Counted from the first letter of the stretch, positions 1 through 12,082 are shown. The stretch is DNA of 64,000 nucleotides from Candidatus Poribacteria bacterium (GCA_965215265.1 OZ244048.1:3456001-3520000); one strand, 5' to 3'. A program made the numbers and translations. Notes: generated by a model from the sequence alone, not told the origin.

Positions 1-62
1 ATTTTGTCAAGGCCGTCTCCAGATGTCGCTTCTCAAGGCGGCCTCGGTGCTTCTCTGAAAAC

Positions 63-107
63 AAAAAAAACCAGGGGCAGCCATGTGAGGGTGGCTGCCC
101 CTGGTTT
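63..107 (-). terminator. Rho-independent terminator of the LRR gene
   Basis: Perfect 13-bp stem ccaggggcagcca (71-83) / tggctgcccctgg (92-104), followed on the minus strand by a U8 run (A run 63-70). Confidence 0.9.
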
Positions 108-135
108 AGGTTAGGTTAGTTTAGTTTAACTTAGA
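106..135. repeat. Degenerate pentamer microsatellite (TTAGN)x6
   Basis: ttagg ttagg ttagt ttagt ttaac ttaga, between the LRR stop codon and its terminator. Confidence 0.6.
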
Positions 136-167
136 TTTCACTGAGTTTATTCTTCCGAGTTAAGTTG

Positions 168-2649
168 TTATTTTGACAGCGGCGAGATATCCGACACTTG
201 CGTATCACTGAGATCCAACTTTTTCAAGTTGGTGAGGTTTGACAGAGGTGTGATATTCTCTACTGGCGTACCCGAGAGAGACAGCTCTAGCAAGCTGGTG
301 AGGCTTGACAGTGCCGAGATATCCGACACTGGCGTACCCGAGAGAGACAGCTCTAGCAAACTCGTGAGGCTTGACAGTGCCGAGATATTCTCTACTGGCG
401 TACCCGAGAGAGACAGCTCTAGCAAGCTGGTGAGGTTTGACAGGGCTGAGATATCCAACACTTCCGTATCACTGAGATCCAACTCTTCCAAGTTGGTGGC
501 GTATTCAAGTCCAGTCAGATCGCTAATGTCTGAGCCACCTACATCAAGCTCTGTCAAGAGGAGTATATCTCTCTGGAAAACATCCATATCATCGGCGATG
601 TCGAGTTTCTTCTTGATTCCCGTAAGGAGCGTCTCATCCGGAATGTTCACCACCGGCGAACCCGCAAAACCTACCACTGTCAAGTTGGTGAGGCTTGACA
701 GTGCTGAGATATCCGACACTGGCGTACCCGTGATATCCAGCGTTTGCAAGTTGGTGAGGCTTGACAGTGCCGAGATATCCGACACTGGCGTATTAGTGAT
801 ATCCAGCGTTTGCAAGTTGGTGAGGCTTGACAGTGCCGAGATATTCGACACTTGCGTATCACTGATATCCAGCGTTTGCAAGTTGATGAGGCTTGACAGT
901 GCCGAGATATCCGACACTTGCGTATCACTGATATTCAGCGTTTGCAAGTTGGTGAGTCTTGATAGGGCTGAGATATTCGACACTTGCGTTCCCGTGATAT
1001 TCAGCGTTTGCAAGTTGGTGAGTCTTGATAGGGCTGAGATATTCGACACTTGCGTTCCCGTGATATCCAGCGTTGTCAAGTTGATGAGGCTTGACAGTGC
1101 CGAGATATTCGACACTTGCGTACCCGAGAGATCCAGCGTTTGCAAGTTGGTTGCGTGTTCAAGTCCAGTCAGATCGCTAACGTCTGAGCCACTTAAATCG
1201 AGACTTGTCAAGCCTAGTATATTTGCCGAGGTGACAGCCGTCCCCGCGGCGATGTTGAGTGTCTCCTTGATTTCCGCAAGGAGCGCCGCATCCGGAATGT
1301 TCAAATCGACGACTGTATTTACAGGCACTGTCAGCGTATTCGAGGCCTTGCTCAGGTTGCCCACTATGTCCATTGTGGCATTCTCTGGCACCGTTATTTC
1401 CACATTTCCGTCAAAACCCGACGGCGGCGTGATAGTCGCTCTGTAGACTTTGAAGGCGGAACTATGTTTCACCCTCCCGCTATCATCTACATTCGGACTA
1501 TTAAAACCGGGATCCCGATGGTCTAAGCCGATTAACATCGGGGCTGAAACCTGCCAATCAGCCGCGGTGGAGCCCAGTGTCATCACTGTGCCATCTACCG
1601 TGAGCGTGATGTCCGTCGCCTCGAAGCCTCGCGTGGTATCTGCAATCACACCATCATCGTCACTTCCAACCCCATAATTGTAGAATAGGAATTCCACATT
1701 AAAGGGCGCTGTCTGAGTGTCAGTTTCGGTAACAGCCGCATCGGGTGCTGTCGTTGAAAAATCCACATAGTCGGTGCGGTAACCCGTGCTAACATCATGA
1801 GTCTCAGCCTTGATCAGCCCGGGAATCCTCACATTCGCCCGGATAGTATCTATGAGATACTTAAGACCGTCATGAATAGAAGGCTCCTGCAGCGGAGGCA
1901 TCCGGCCATAAAAGACCCGCGAAAGCTTCTGTGTGTAGTCTGCATTACCCGTAGTTTTCCACTTATGATCATCGGGGGTGGTATTGACGGGGTTCGCGAC
2001 GTCCTCGCCATTATCTATGATGAAATTATTTGCATCGTCAACATAGGGATTGCTACTATGAACTATAACAACGCCATCGCCGAAAACGTCATCGCCGTCT
2101 TGCACCTCGTATTTGAAATATACGACTTTATTAGAGGCTCGCGCAGCGGTCCTTGCTGAATCATAGACGGCACGTAGTGTAGTGCCACCGGGGTCATCCT
2201 CACCGTCCATCCGTAGCTCCAGGGCCGGCAGATCGGACGTTCCATCGTTCTCGACTTTGACATCTATACTAAATGTTAACTCAAAAACGATTTCATCTGT
2301 ACTACTGAAAAATTTAACCGCTTGGCCCGTGGTGGGGTTGGAGTACCCCGGGGCAGTAAGAATGTTTGATGTATGGTTTGCTACTAGATCCGTCCTAAAA
2401 TTTCCACCCTGCTCCCAATTTGCAATTAAATATGCCCTGCTGTACGCATAGAGCGAATCGCCTGTATGTGTACCTTCACTCACTATCTCAACCTTCTCTA
2501 ACGTCGGTTTCGCTGCCTGCACGGTAGCCATCGGTGCGGCTAACATCGCAACCCCGGCTATCGAAATTACAGATGAGATAAATCTGACACTCAACACGGA
2601 AATAAAATACTTAACATATAGAAGGGGGGGGGTGCATTCTTCTCTTCAT
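168..2649 (-). CDS. Secreted internalin-like leucine-rich repeat protein with an Ig-like domain; native ATG at 2649 is out of frame at a C9 tract (in-frame ORF 168-2597)
   Basis: Signal-peptide-like N-terminus ending VQA-A; Ig-like segment (FNVEF...YRATITP...VEITVPENA..D..GN); two internalin-type caps (NIPD..L...IK..L) each followed by 22-aa LRRs (LTNLQTLDISDTQVSDISALSS); AAGGAG 9 nt upstream of ATG 2649. Confidence 0.88.
175..1150 (-). repeat. Two arrays of near-identical 66-bp coding tandem repeats (LRR units)
   Basis: Recurring gtgaggcttgacagtgccgagatat..gacact..cgta with 66-bp period at about 175-500 and about 680-1150. Confidence 0.9.
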
Positions 2650-2920
2650 CTTATCTAACTCCTTGTTATTCTTTATCCCGTTACGGAATAAACTTGACTT
2701 GACTTTATAGTTCGGACTAAGTTTCCGAACAGACTACGTTTTCAACACTTTTTGCCAATTCGTAAGACGTGCACACAGGTGTTCAAGAAAAGGAAATCGT
2801 GTTTGTGAGGCACTTCCCAAAAAATGCAGTGCATTCACAAACTCTCAACGGGCACGTCAGCTCATTCTTTCACTTTTAAAGAACACTTTTGCTCTCTTCG
2901 CAAAAGGTTATTTGATTTAA

Positions 2921-2949
2921 AGTATACCTCAAGAAGAAGTGTTTGTCAA
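2921..2949 (-). promoter_or_regulatory. Sigma70-type promoter of the LRR gene
   Basis: Minus strand TTGACA (2949-2944), 17 nt spacer, TATACT (2926-2921). Confidence 0.75.
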
Positions 2950-2989
2950 ATTAAAAATATAAGGCAATGCACTCCGTAATGAACATGTT

Positions 2990-4867
2990 TTATCTCCTTT
3001 GGAATCGGCGTTCCAGTTCATCGCGTCCCATTTCAACGATAATCGGGCGCGAATGAGGGCAATTGAACGGGAGTTTCGCCTCAGATAATTCTCTTACGAG
3101 GTGAAGCATCTCCTTAGCATCCAGGGTATCTCCGGCTTTGACTGCGGATTTGCAAGCGAGGGTTATCAATGCTTTATCAATGGCTTCTGGCAGTTCTACG
3201 TTGCTGTGCTGTTCTTCAGGGAGTCCGTCGAGTATATCGGTGACTGCCTGTGCGGCAAGTCGAGTAGGCAGTGTTGACGGAATTGCACGGATGAGAATTG
3301 TATTTCCGCCGAATTCCTCCAGATCGAAACCGAGTTTTTTGAAGATGTCGACGTGCATTTTAAGCCTTGCAAGCTGCTGTGGGTTGCTCTCTAAGGTAAC
3401 CGGCAGCAGCAGCCCCTGTACGGGAATGCCGTTTTCTTTGAGTTGGTTGACGAACCGTTCATAAAGCACGCGTTCTGCGGCAACGTGCTGGTCGATAAAG
3501 AAAATTTTATCCTTTGCTTCAGCAACGATATAGGTTTTAAAGAGGTTAGTTTTGAGTTCAACGGCATCGAAATCGAGTAATTTAAGTGTTGCACCTTCCG
3601 GAATCTGCTGTTGTGGTGGTTGGACGACGGTTGCAGTGGAGGTGAGTTCTGTGCGTGTCTCCTCTGTCGGCTGCGTCTCTACTGTGGTCTTGGAGGTGGT
3701 TTCGCTGGTAGACTCGGGTTCATCGGCTGAAATTTCGGTGTCTGTGGCAGCAGTCGGTGCCGGATGCTTTGGCTGCGGAGTAACTCCTCGTGTAGCGGTA
3801 CGTGAGCCTTGGATATTTCGGATGCTGTTTCCTTTTTCATCAGCCGTTTGAATAGGGGTTTCGATTTTCGGAATATATTTCTGTTTTTGTATAGCGTTTC
3901 GGATTATTCGTACGATTGCGCTGTAAATTGTGCGTTCATTCCGGAAGCGTACCTCAATTTTGGCAGGGTGGACGTTGATATCCACGGTCTCGGGTTCTAA
4001 GGTTAGGAAGAGGAGTGCGACGGCATGTCTATCTTTTGTCACCATGGCGCTGAGTGCCTCTGTAAGCGCGGCCCCGATGATGCGGCTCCGGATCGGCCGT
4101 TGATTGAGGAAGAAGAGTTGATATTCCCGATTAGGCTTCGTGAATTCGGGTTTTCCGAGCAATCCGTACAGTTTCAATTCCGGCAATTCCTCTTTAAATT
4201 CGATAAGATTTTCAGCGAATTCCCTACCGTACAGGAGTCTGACGCGCTCGAGGTAAGAATCACAAGCACGTACATCGAGTATGGTTCTGCCGTTATGTTT
4301 CAGTGAAAGCTGGATATTGGGGTGTGCTAACGCAGTCCACGTGACCTGGTTCGTGATATGGTTCATTTCTGTGGTATCAGTTTTGAGGAATTTGAGGCGT
4401 GCGGGCACGTTGTAAAAGAGATTGTTAACCGACATGTGTGTGCCGGGGGAGCAGCCGCTTTCTTGGACAGAACGGAAGACACCGCCATCAAGGTTAACTT
4501 GGGTGCCCTCTATCGCCTCTGCTGCCCGTGTGAGAAGTTCAAATTGTGAGACAGATGCGATGCTGGCTAACGCTTCGCCGCGAAATCCGAACGTCTGGAT
4601 ATTTTCTAAGTCTTCAATCTGACTGACTTTACTGGTTGCATGCCGTTCTAGGGCAAGCAGTGCATCTTCCCGTGACATGCCGATTCCGTTATCCGAGACA
4701 CGGATGAGCCGTTTTCCGCCGGCGCGAATTTCAACACGGATGCTGGTGCTGCCTGCGTCCACTGCATTTTCAACGAGCTCTTTGACGACGGAAGCGGGAC
4801 GTTCGACGACTTCGCCCGCGGCGATTTTATTGGCAACATCAGCAGAGAGTATTTTGATTTTTGGCAT
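2990..4867 (-). CDS. mutL: DNA mismatch repair endonuclease MutL
   Basis: IAAGEVVERPASVVKELVENA, GFRGEALASI, DINVHPAK, DQHVAAER and CPHSRP motifs. Confidence 0.98.
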   Translation of the reverse strand: MPKIKILSADVANKIAAGEVVERPASVVKELVENAVDAGSTSIRVEIRAGGKRLIRVSDNGIGMSREDALLALERHATSKVSQIEDLENIQTFGFRGEALASIASVSQFELLTRAAEAIEGTQVNLDGGVFRSVQESGCSPGTHMSVNNLFYNVPARLKFLKTDTTEMNHITNQVTWTALAHPNIQLSLKHNGRTILDVRACDSYLERVRLLYGREFAENLIEFKEELPELKLYGLLGKPEFTKPNREYQLFFLNQRPIRSRIIGAALTEALSAMVTKDRHAVALLFLTLEPETVDINVHPAKIEVRFRNERTIYSAIVRIIRNAIQKQKYIPKIETPIQTADEKGNSIRNIQGSRTATRGVTPQPKHPAPTAATDTEISADEPESTSETTSKTTVETQPTEETRTELTSTATVVQPPQQQIPEGATLKLLDFDAVELKTNLFKTYIVAEAKDKIFFIDQHVAAERVLYERFVNQLKENGIPVQGLLLPVTLESNPQQLARLKMHVDIFKKLGFDLEEFGGNTILIRAIPSTLPTRLAAQAVTDILDGLPEEQHSNVELPEAIDKALITLACKSAVKAGDTLDAKEMLHLVRELSEAKLPFNCPHSRPIIVEMGRDELERRFQRR

Positions 4868-4975
4868 CTGTTATTTTGTGCCGTACACTTGCGAAACACG
4901 GCACCTCCTTATGTCCATACCGGCATTATAGATGAATAACACCGGCAATATTCATGCCATCTGAAAATTAGCATG

Positions 4976-7063
4976 CTATTGTCCGTTTTGATAGAGGTAA
5001 CAGTGACATGAATGCGTTTCTGTGAAGTTCGTTACAGTTGGATATTTAGTGTTGCAATGGGGCATGATTTCGGCGCAACGTGGGTGAAAATGGCACCCCG
5101 CCGGGCGATTAATGGGCGATGGTACATCCCCTGCCAATTGAATCTTTTCAACGCCTGTTTCAACATCCATTTTCGGGACAGCCGACAGAAGTGCAGACGT
5201 ATAAGGGTGCTTTGGGGCATCAAAAATCTCTTCGGTTGTTCCTTGTTCCACGATGCGTCCGAGGTACATCACCGCCACCTCATCTGCAAGGTACTCCACA
5301 ACTGAGAGATTATGTGTAATCAGCAGGTAAGTGAGTCCCAATTCGTTTTGCAAGTCCTTGAGCAGGTTTAGAATTTGCGCTTGCACCGATACGTCTAAAG
5401 CACTGGTTGCTTCGTCACAGATTATAAATTCTGGGTTGACGGCGAGACATCTGGCGATGCAGATGCGCTGCCGCTGCCCCCCTGAGAATTCATGCGGATA
5501 GCGTGTTACCATATCCGGCGATAAGCCGACGCGTTGCATTAATTCTGCAACCCGTTCTCGACGTTCTGCAACCGAGTCACCGATGTTATGTGTGTGCATC
5601 CCTTCTTGAATAATGTCACCGACGTTCATGCGTGGATTTAATGAAGAGTACGGGTCTTGGAAGATGATCTGCATCCGTTTCCGGTATGGATGCAGCTGCC
5701 TCCGTGTCATGCTGGCGATGTCGGTACCATCATAGGAAATTTGCCCTTTGACAGGCACGCCTAGCCGCAGAATCGCTTTGCCGAAGGAGGTTTTGCCTGA
5801 GCCTGACTCACCGACGAGTGCCAACGTCTTGCCTCGCGGGATTGTCAAATCAACGCCATCAACGGCATAAACATATCCGGCAGTGCGTTTGAAGATGCCC
5901 TTCAAAATTGGGTAGTGGACGCAGATATTCTTAAGTTGCAGGGCGGGGTCCTCTCTGCTCTTCGCCCGGGTTGAGTCTGCTACTGCGCCGTCTGTCGGGG
6001 CTCCCACTCTTGGACCACGAATTTCTGTGTCCGGTTCGCCGGTGGTAACAGCGAAAGGCGGTGCGGGAGTGTAGAGATGACAAGCGACTTGATGCTGTGC
6101 GTCCGTTGTTGGTGTGCTTTGAGTTGTTAGAGTAGAGGGCTGCAAAATTGGCGGGATGCTCTCGCAACCGTCCATCGCTTTCGGGCAACGTGCAGCGAAT
6201 CGGCAGCCTTCTGCATACTCAGTCGCTTTAGGAACACGTCCGGCTATCGTCTGTAATTCAGTGCCGCGTTTATGGCGTGCAGGTGTGGATTCCAATAATT
6301 TGACGGTATACGGATGCTGTGGGTTGTTGTAGAGCATGTCCCATGTCCCCATTTCAACGATTTGCCCGGCGTACATCACAGCGACCCGGTCTGCCATGTT
6401 TGCGACAACTGCTAAGTCATGGGTAATCAGTAACACTGCCATTTCAAATTCTTGTTGGAGGCGTTGGATAAGTTCTAGAATCTGTGCTTGGATGGTGACA
6501 TCGAGTGCTGTGGTAGGTTCATCAGCGATGAGTAGGCTGGGTTGACAAGAGAGTGCCATCGCAATCATCACCCGCTGTTTCATCCCGCCGGACATTTGAT
6601 GGGGATATTCGTCGTAACGAGCAGCGGGCTCTGGAATTCCGACGCGGTCGAGCATCTCAATTGCGGCATTTTTGGCCGCGCTGCCACGGAGGTTTTGATG
6701 CGCACGAATCGCCTCTGAAATTTGGTCTCCGATGGTGAAAACTGGATTGAGACTGGTCATCGGTTCTTGGAAAATCATCGCGATATCGTTGCCCTGAATT
6801 TTGCGTTTTTCGATGGCGGAGAGCCGCGTAATCTCTTGTCCTTTGTAGTGGATGGCTCCCCCGGCAATAAAGCCTGTCGGCTGTGGGACAAGCTGGATAA
6901 GGGAGAGTGCGGTGACGCTCTTTCCGCAGCCTGACTCACCAACAAGCGCGAAGATTTCATTGTGTCGGAGTTCAAAAGAGATTCCATCCACCGCACGGGC
7001 TAAACCTTCCGGTGTCCGAAAATACGTTCTGAGTTCTTCTACGCGAAGCAGTGTTTCATTCAT
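4976..7063 (-). CDS. Fused double-domain oligopeptide/dipeptide ABC transporter ATP-binding protein (OppD-OppF type)
   Basis: Two Walker A motifs ([16 protein letters not shown]), two HxxSGG signatures and two HPYT plus Cys-rich C-terminal domains; likely start MNETLL at 7063. Confidence 0.95.
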   Translation of the reverse strand: MNETLLRVEELRTYFRTPEGLARAVDGISFELRHNEIFALVGESGCGKSVTALSLIQLVPQPTGFIAGGAIHYKGQEITRLSAIEKRKIQGNDIAMIFQEPMTSLNPVFTIGDQISEAIRAHQNLRGSAAKNAAIEMLDRVGIPEPAARYDEYPHQMSGGMKQRVMIAMALSCQPSLLIADEPTTALDVTIQAQILELIQRLQQEFEMAVLLITHDLAVVANMADRVAVMYAGQIVEMGTWDMLYNNPQHPYTVKLLESTPARHKRGTELQTIAGRVPKATEYAEGCRFAARCPKAMDGCESIPPILQPSTLTTQSTPTTDAQHQVACHLYTPAPPFAVTTGEPDTEIRGPRVGAPTDGAVADSTRAKSREDPALQLKNICVHYPILKGIFKRTAGYVYAVDGVDLTIPRGKTLALVGESGSGKTSFGKAILRLGVPVKGQISYDGTDIASMTRRQLHPYRKRMQIIFQDPYSSLNPRMNVGDIIQEGMHTHNIGDSVAERRERVAELMQRVGLSPDMVTRYPHEFSGGQRQRICIARCLAVNPEFIICDEATSALDVSVQAQILNLLKDLQNELGLTYLLITHNLSVVEYLADEVAVMYLGRIVEQGTTEEIFDAPKHPYTSALLSAVPKMDVETGVEKIQLAGDVPSPINRPAGCHFHPRCAEIMPHCNTKYPTVTNFTETHSCHCYLYQNGQ

Positions 7064-7069
7064 AAAACT

Positions 7070-7099
7070 ACTATAGCATGAAAATCCGTAGAAAGTCAA
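7070..7099 (-). promoter_or_regulatory. Promoter with extended -10 for the ABC ATPase gene (probably leaderless)
   Basis: TTGACT (7099-7094), 18 nt spacer, TGcTATAGT ending at 7070; ATG lies 7 nt downstream. Confidence 0.55.
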
Positions 7100-7211
7100 G
7101 CAAGTTTTGGGAAAGATTTCCAAAAAGACTTGACATGAGCATAGATTTATTGGACAATAAGGATAGGATGCGAGGATATAATCCTAAAAATAAGAGGAGG
7201 CATTGAGACTC

Positions 7212-8219
7212 ATGCGATTTTTGACGGCTGAACAGAGCGTGCAACAACTGCTTAAAACAACTCCACCGCTGCATTTCAAGGGTGCAACCCAGGGCGAGTG
7301 GCGGCAATGGCGGAGAACATTTCGACGCAATCTCGCCAAAGAGCTCGGCAGCAAGCCGGAATCGGTGCCGCTTGAAGTGGAAACGTTGGAAAAAATTAAG
7401 TTTGATGGATATACCCGTGAAAAAATTGTGTTTAACCCGGATCCGTTCTCTTCTATACCGGTGTACGTTTTAATTCCGGATGGCGCGACTGAAGAGAAAC
7501 CTGCACCTGCAGTGCTATGCGCGCACGGGCATGGTGTGGGGAAAGACGGTGCGGTGGGGATAGTGGAGGACTATCAGAAAGAGTACGCTGTTGAATTGGC
7601 GAGACGTGGATTTGTAACGCTTGCCCCGGATTGGCGGTGCTTCGGTGAACGGAAAGATCGCGATGAATGGGCCCGGCGGCCAGGGCGCGATGGCTGTAAC
7701 ATCGCCTACCTTGCACTCGGCTATTTCGGTTATCAATTGCTGCGGCTCAATATATCCGATGGGCAGCGGTGCTTGGACTATCTGCAGTCGCGTCCTGAGG
7801 TCGATGTTCGTCGATTGGGATGCATGGGCTGTTCGTTTGGGGGCACGATGACGACGTACATTGCTGCACTTGACAAGCGGGTTAAAGCGTCTGTTATCGT
7901 CTGTTACCTGAGTACACTGATAGATGCGCTCAATGACCGTGGACGGGGCAATACGTGCGGTTCACAGTTCATGTTCGGGCTGCGAAAGCATGGTGATATT
8001 GCCGATGTGGCGGGGTTAATCGCGCCCCGTGCCTGCATGGTGCAAATCGGTTCAGACGATAACTGTTTCATTGAATCGGATGCACTTTCGGCGTTCGCGC
8101 ATCTCGAAACTATCTACACCGCCTCCGGCGAACCGGAAAATCTGGTTTTGGATCATTTTCAAGGTGAACATGAAATTGATCTGGAGGCAGGCATCGCATT
8201 TCTGATGGAACGACTGTGA
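7212..8219 (+). CDS. Alpha/beta hydrolase (dienelactone hydrolase / acetylxylan esterase-like)
   Basis: PAVLCAHGHG, nucleophile elbow GCSFGG, LIAPR, C-terminal GEH; GAGGAGG RBS upstream. Confidence 0.88.
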   Translation: MRFLTAEQSVQQLLKTTPPLHFKGATQGEWRQWRRTFRRNLAKELGSKPESVPLEVETLEKIKFDGYTREKIVFNPDPFSSIPVYVLIPDGATEEKPAPAVLCAHGHGVGKDGAVGIVEDYQKEYAVELARRGFVTLAPDWRCFGERKDRDEWARRPGRDGCNIAYLALGYFGYQLLRLNISDGQRCLDYLQSRPEVDVRRLGCMGCSFGGTMTTYIAALDKRVKASVIVCYLSTLIDALNDRGRGNTCGSQFMFGLRKHGDIADVAGLIAPRACMVQIGSDDNCFIESDALSAFAHLETIYTASGEPENLVLDHFQGEHEIDLEAGIAFLMERL

Positions 8220-8239
8220 TTTTGGGGATGCACGCGTGT

Positions 8240-9514
<1,275 letters not shown>

Positions 9515-9522
9515 TTATGTTA

Positions 9523-9548
9523 CCGGGCGGCATTGGAAAACCGCCCGG
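9523..9548. terminator. GC-rich intergenic hairpin (no clear U-tract)
   Basis: ccgggcgg (9523-9530) / ccgcccgg (9541-9548). Confidence 0.4.
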
Positions 9549-9567
9549 CTGCCTCTGTGGATGCGAA

Positions 9568-10713
9568 TTAATACTCGCGTTTATGCCAATCTTCTTCCCA
9601 GAGGTTGAATGAACCTTCGCGGTACGGATGTTCAGCGATGAGTGCTTCGTTCAATTCCATGCCGAGTCCTGGTCCGTTAGGGAGACTAAAATAGCCATCA
9701 ATGACTTCTGGGCAGCCTATAGCTGCCTCTTTAACCCAGGCCTCAGAGAAATCGTTGAAATGCTCCTGGATTTTAAAATTTGGCGTTGCTGCAGCAAAGT
9801 GCAAAGCGGTTGCCGTAGAGACTGGGCCGCCAACGTTATGTGGTGCCACGGTCATGTAGCACATATCTGCCATCGCTGCTATTTTCTTCGTCTCGGACAA
9901 GCCCCCGGTTTGCGTAATGTCTGGCTGCAGGATATCCGCTGCTTGTAAATTAATCAATTCGCGGTATTCATATTTGTTGTGGAGCCGCTCACCTGTGGCA
10001 ACCGGTAGGTTTATCTTGTCTGCTGCTTTTGCAAGTGCTGCGATATTATCCGGTGGGACGGGCTCCTCAACCCAGCTCGGTTTGAATTGCTCAAGTTCAG
10101 TGGCAATCTCGATTGCGGTATAAGGACTAAACCTGCCGTGCATCTCGACGAGAATTTCAACATCTGCTCCGACAGCATCACGTACGGCTTCAACAAGCGA
10201 AACCGACTTCAATTTCTCTTCATAAGAGAGCTCATAGTAGCCTGCCCCGAACGGATCGAATTTGAGTGCCTTATACCCTTTCTCTAAAACTCTTTGGGCG
10301 GCGGCATGAAACTCTTCAGGCGTACGTTCGACGCGATACCATCCGTTGGCGTAGGCCTTGAGCGCGTTGCGGCATGCCCCCCCGATTAATCGGTATATAG
10401 GCTGGTTGAGTGCTTTGCCGATAATGTCCCAACATGCAATTTCAACGACGCTAATTCCTGTTGCGACGATTTCGCCTGCACGTCCGTAGTCGTTCCGGAA
10501 CATGCGCTGATAAAGGTCTTCGGTGTTGAAGGGATCGCGGCCAATGACGTGTCGTTTTTTCGCGCCATCCAGGTATGCCACGAGTGCATCGGTCCGGTTG
10601 TTCATCCGTACTTCGCTGATGCCTGTTAAGCCTTCATCGGTTTCTACTTTAACGAAGGTTAAATTCCGCCAACTTGTGCCCATCACCAAGGTTTTGACAT
10701 CTGTGATTTTCAT
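9568..10713 (-). CDS. Mandelate racemase/enolase-superfamily sugar-acid dehydratase (galactonate dehydratase DgoD-like)
   Basis: VETDEGLTG, WDIIGK, KALKFDPF, EMHGR, EEP, ATGER, QPD, APHN; start MKITDVK at 10713. Confidence 0.88.
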   Translation of the reverse strand: MKITDVKTLVMGTSWRNLTFVKVETDEGLTGISEVRMNNRTDALVAYLDGAKKRHVIGRDPFNTEDLYQRMFRNDYGRAGEIVATGISVVEIACWDIIGKALNQPIYRLIGGACRNALKAYANGWYRVERTPEEFHAAAQRVLEKGYKALKFDPFGAGYYELSYEEKLKSVSLVEAVRDAVGADVEILVEMHGRFSPYTAIEIATELEQFKPSWVEEPVPPDNIAALAKAADKINLPVATGERLHNKYEYRELINLQAADILQPDITQTGGLSETKKIAAMADMCYMTVAPHNVGGPVSTATALHFAAATPNFKIQEHFNDFSEAWVKEAAIGCPEVIDGYFSLPNGPGLGMELNEALIAEHPYREGSFNLWEEDWHKREY

Positions 10714-10714
10714 A

Positions 10715-12082
10715 TTAGCTCCTCGCTTCAGCCTCTGTGATGCTACGCTGCCCACTCTGCTGCGTTGCTGCTTTTTCAATGGTTGGTGCCTCTTCGCCTG
10801 CTTCGAGCATCCGCCGAATCAACCGTTCCTGCATCACCTCTGTCACAATTTCATGTGATTGCAATCCGATGAGATTCCGCAATTCATACGGATCCGTCTG
10901 AAGGTCGTAGAGGTACTGTTCTACGTAATACGATGAACCGGCATCTCTGCTGCCGCTTTTCTTGGGTGCGTCAACACCGTATTTCCAACGTTGTGTACGC
11001 ACGGCCCGTCCGACTTGTGCTTCGCTGATTTGGACGAAGACCTCCTCCGGCCAGTCGTCCGTTCTTCTATGCACGAGTGGCAGGATAGATCTGCCTTGCA
11101 TTTCGCTTGGTACTGTGAGTCCTGCTGCATCCAGCAGCGTTGGTGGCAAATCAACAAGACTGACGAGTTGTTGGAGTTGTCCACCGCCAATGAAACTGGG
11201 CCCGTGAAAGGCAGTCGGAACGCGAATAGAGCTCTCATGGCATGAACGTTTATATTCACCGTTGCGGGTTTTAAAATGGCATCCGTGATCAGAAGTAAAG
11301 AGGATGATTGTATTGTCAAGCAGCTTGAGGCTTTTGAGTGCGTCGAGGATCCTTCCTAATGCTTCGTCGAGCCGTTTTACCATACCGTAGTAGCCGCCGA
11401 GGTGCTGGTGCGTTGAGCCGCCCAGTGCGGCGAGGTCCGGGGGTATCCACTTGCCTGTGTAGCGTTCACGATAACCGTCCGGTGGTGGATAATCGTCCAA
11501 ATGGTTCTGGTGATGTGGTTCAATGTATGAAGTAAAGAGGTAAAACGGCTCTTTTTTGTTGCTGTCAATGTAACGAATGACGGCATCGGTAAGTGCGTCA
11601 ACACGGTACCCGGGCAAGTCGACCGGCTGATTGTCATTATCGTAAAGTGTGGTTTGATAAGCATCGGACGTAAATTCCAAGACGTTAGAGGCCAACCAAT
11701 AGTCGTATCCGCCACGGTGCTGGGCAGGGACAGGTCCTGGGCCTGTCCCCCCGCTGTAGAGGTGCCATTTACCGATGTAGCCAGTGGCATAACCGGCCTC
11801 ACCGAAGTGATGCGCGAGCGTTTTAAGATTTGGGGATAGTGAAATCCCGTTGCGGAAGCAACCGGTGCGTGTTGCGTATAAACCGGTTTGTAGGCATGAT
11901 CTTGCAGGTCCGCACACCGGCTGGCAGGTAAATGAGCGGTGGACATGCGTTCCGCGCTGTGCGATGCGGTCGAAGTTCGGCATCAGGTCAAGCGGATTGC
12001 CGTGCAGTCCAGAGGTATCCCACCGCTGCTGGTCGGTGAAAAAAACGATAACATTGGGTTGATGGGCATCTGTTTGTGGCAT
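10715..12082 (-). CDS. Sulfatase (formylglycine-dependent, no signal peptide)
   Basis: PNVIVFFTDQQR, CGPAR (CxPxR), GKWHL, SDHG, LYDLQTDPYE. Confidence 0.93.
   Translation of the reverse strand: MPQTDAHQPNVIVFFTDQQRWDTSGLHGNPLDLMPNFDRIAQRGTHVHRSFTCQPVCGPARSCLQTGLYATRTGCFRNGISLSPNLKTLAHHFGEAGYATGYIGKWHLYSGGTGPGPVPAQHRGGYDYWLASNVLEFTSDAYQTTLYDNDNQPVDLPGYRVDALTDAVIRYIDSNKKEPFYLFTSYIEPHHQNHLDDYPPPDGYRERYTGKWIPPDLAALGGSTHQHLGGYYGMVKRLDEALGRILDALKSLKLLDNTIILFTSDHGCHFKTRNGEYKRSCHESSIRVPTAFHGPSFIGGGQLQQLVSLVDLPPTLLDAAGLTVPSEMQGRSILPLVHRRTDDWPEEVFVQISEAQVGRAVRTQRWKYGVDAPKKSGSRDAGSSYYVEQYLYDLQTDPYELRNLIGLQSHEIVTEVMQERLIRRMLEAGEEAPTIEKAATQQSGQRSITEAEARS

Noticed and set aside
175-1150. Regularly spaced repeats resembling a CRISPR array
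   Set aside because: The period is 66 bp with no unique spacers, the repeats encode LRRs in frame, and there are no cas genes
229-1446. 405-aa plus-strand ORF
   Set aside because: Antisense shadow of the LRR repeats, with no independent protein features
2990-4867. Functional link between MutL and the MORC ATPase (both GHKL)
   Set aside because: They are 28 kb apart and mutL is an ordinary housekeeping copy
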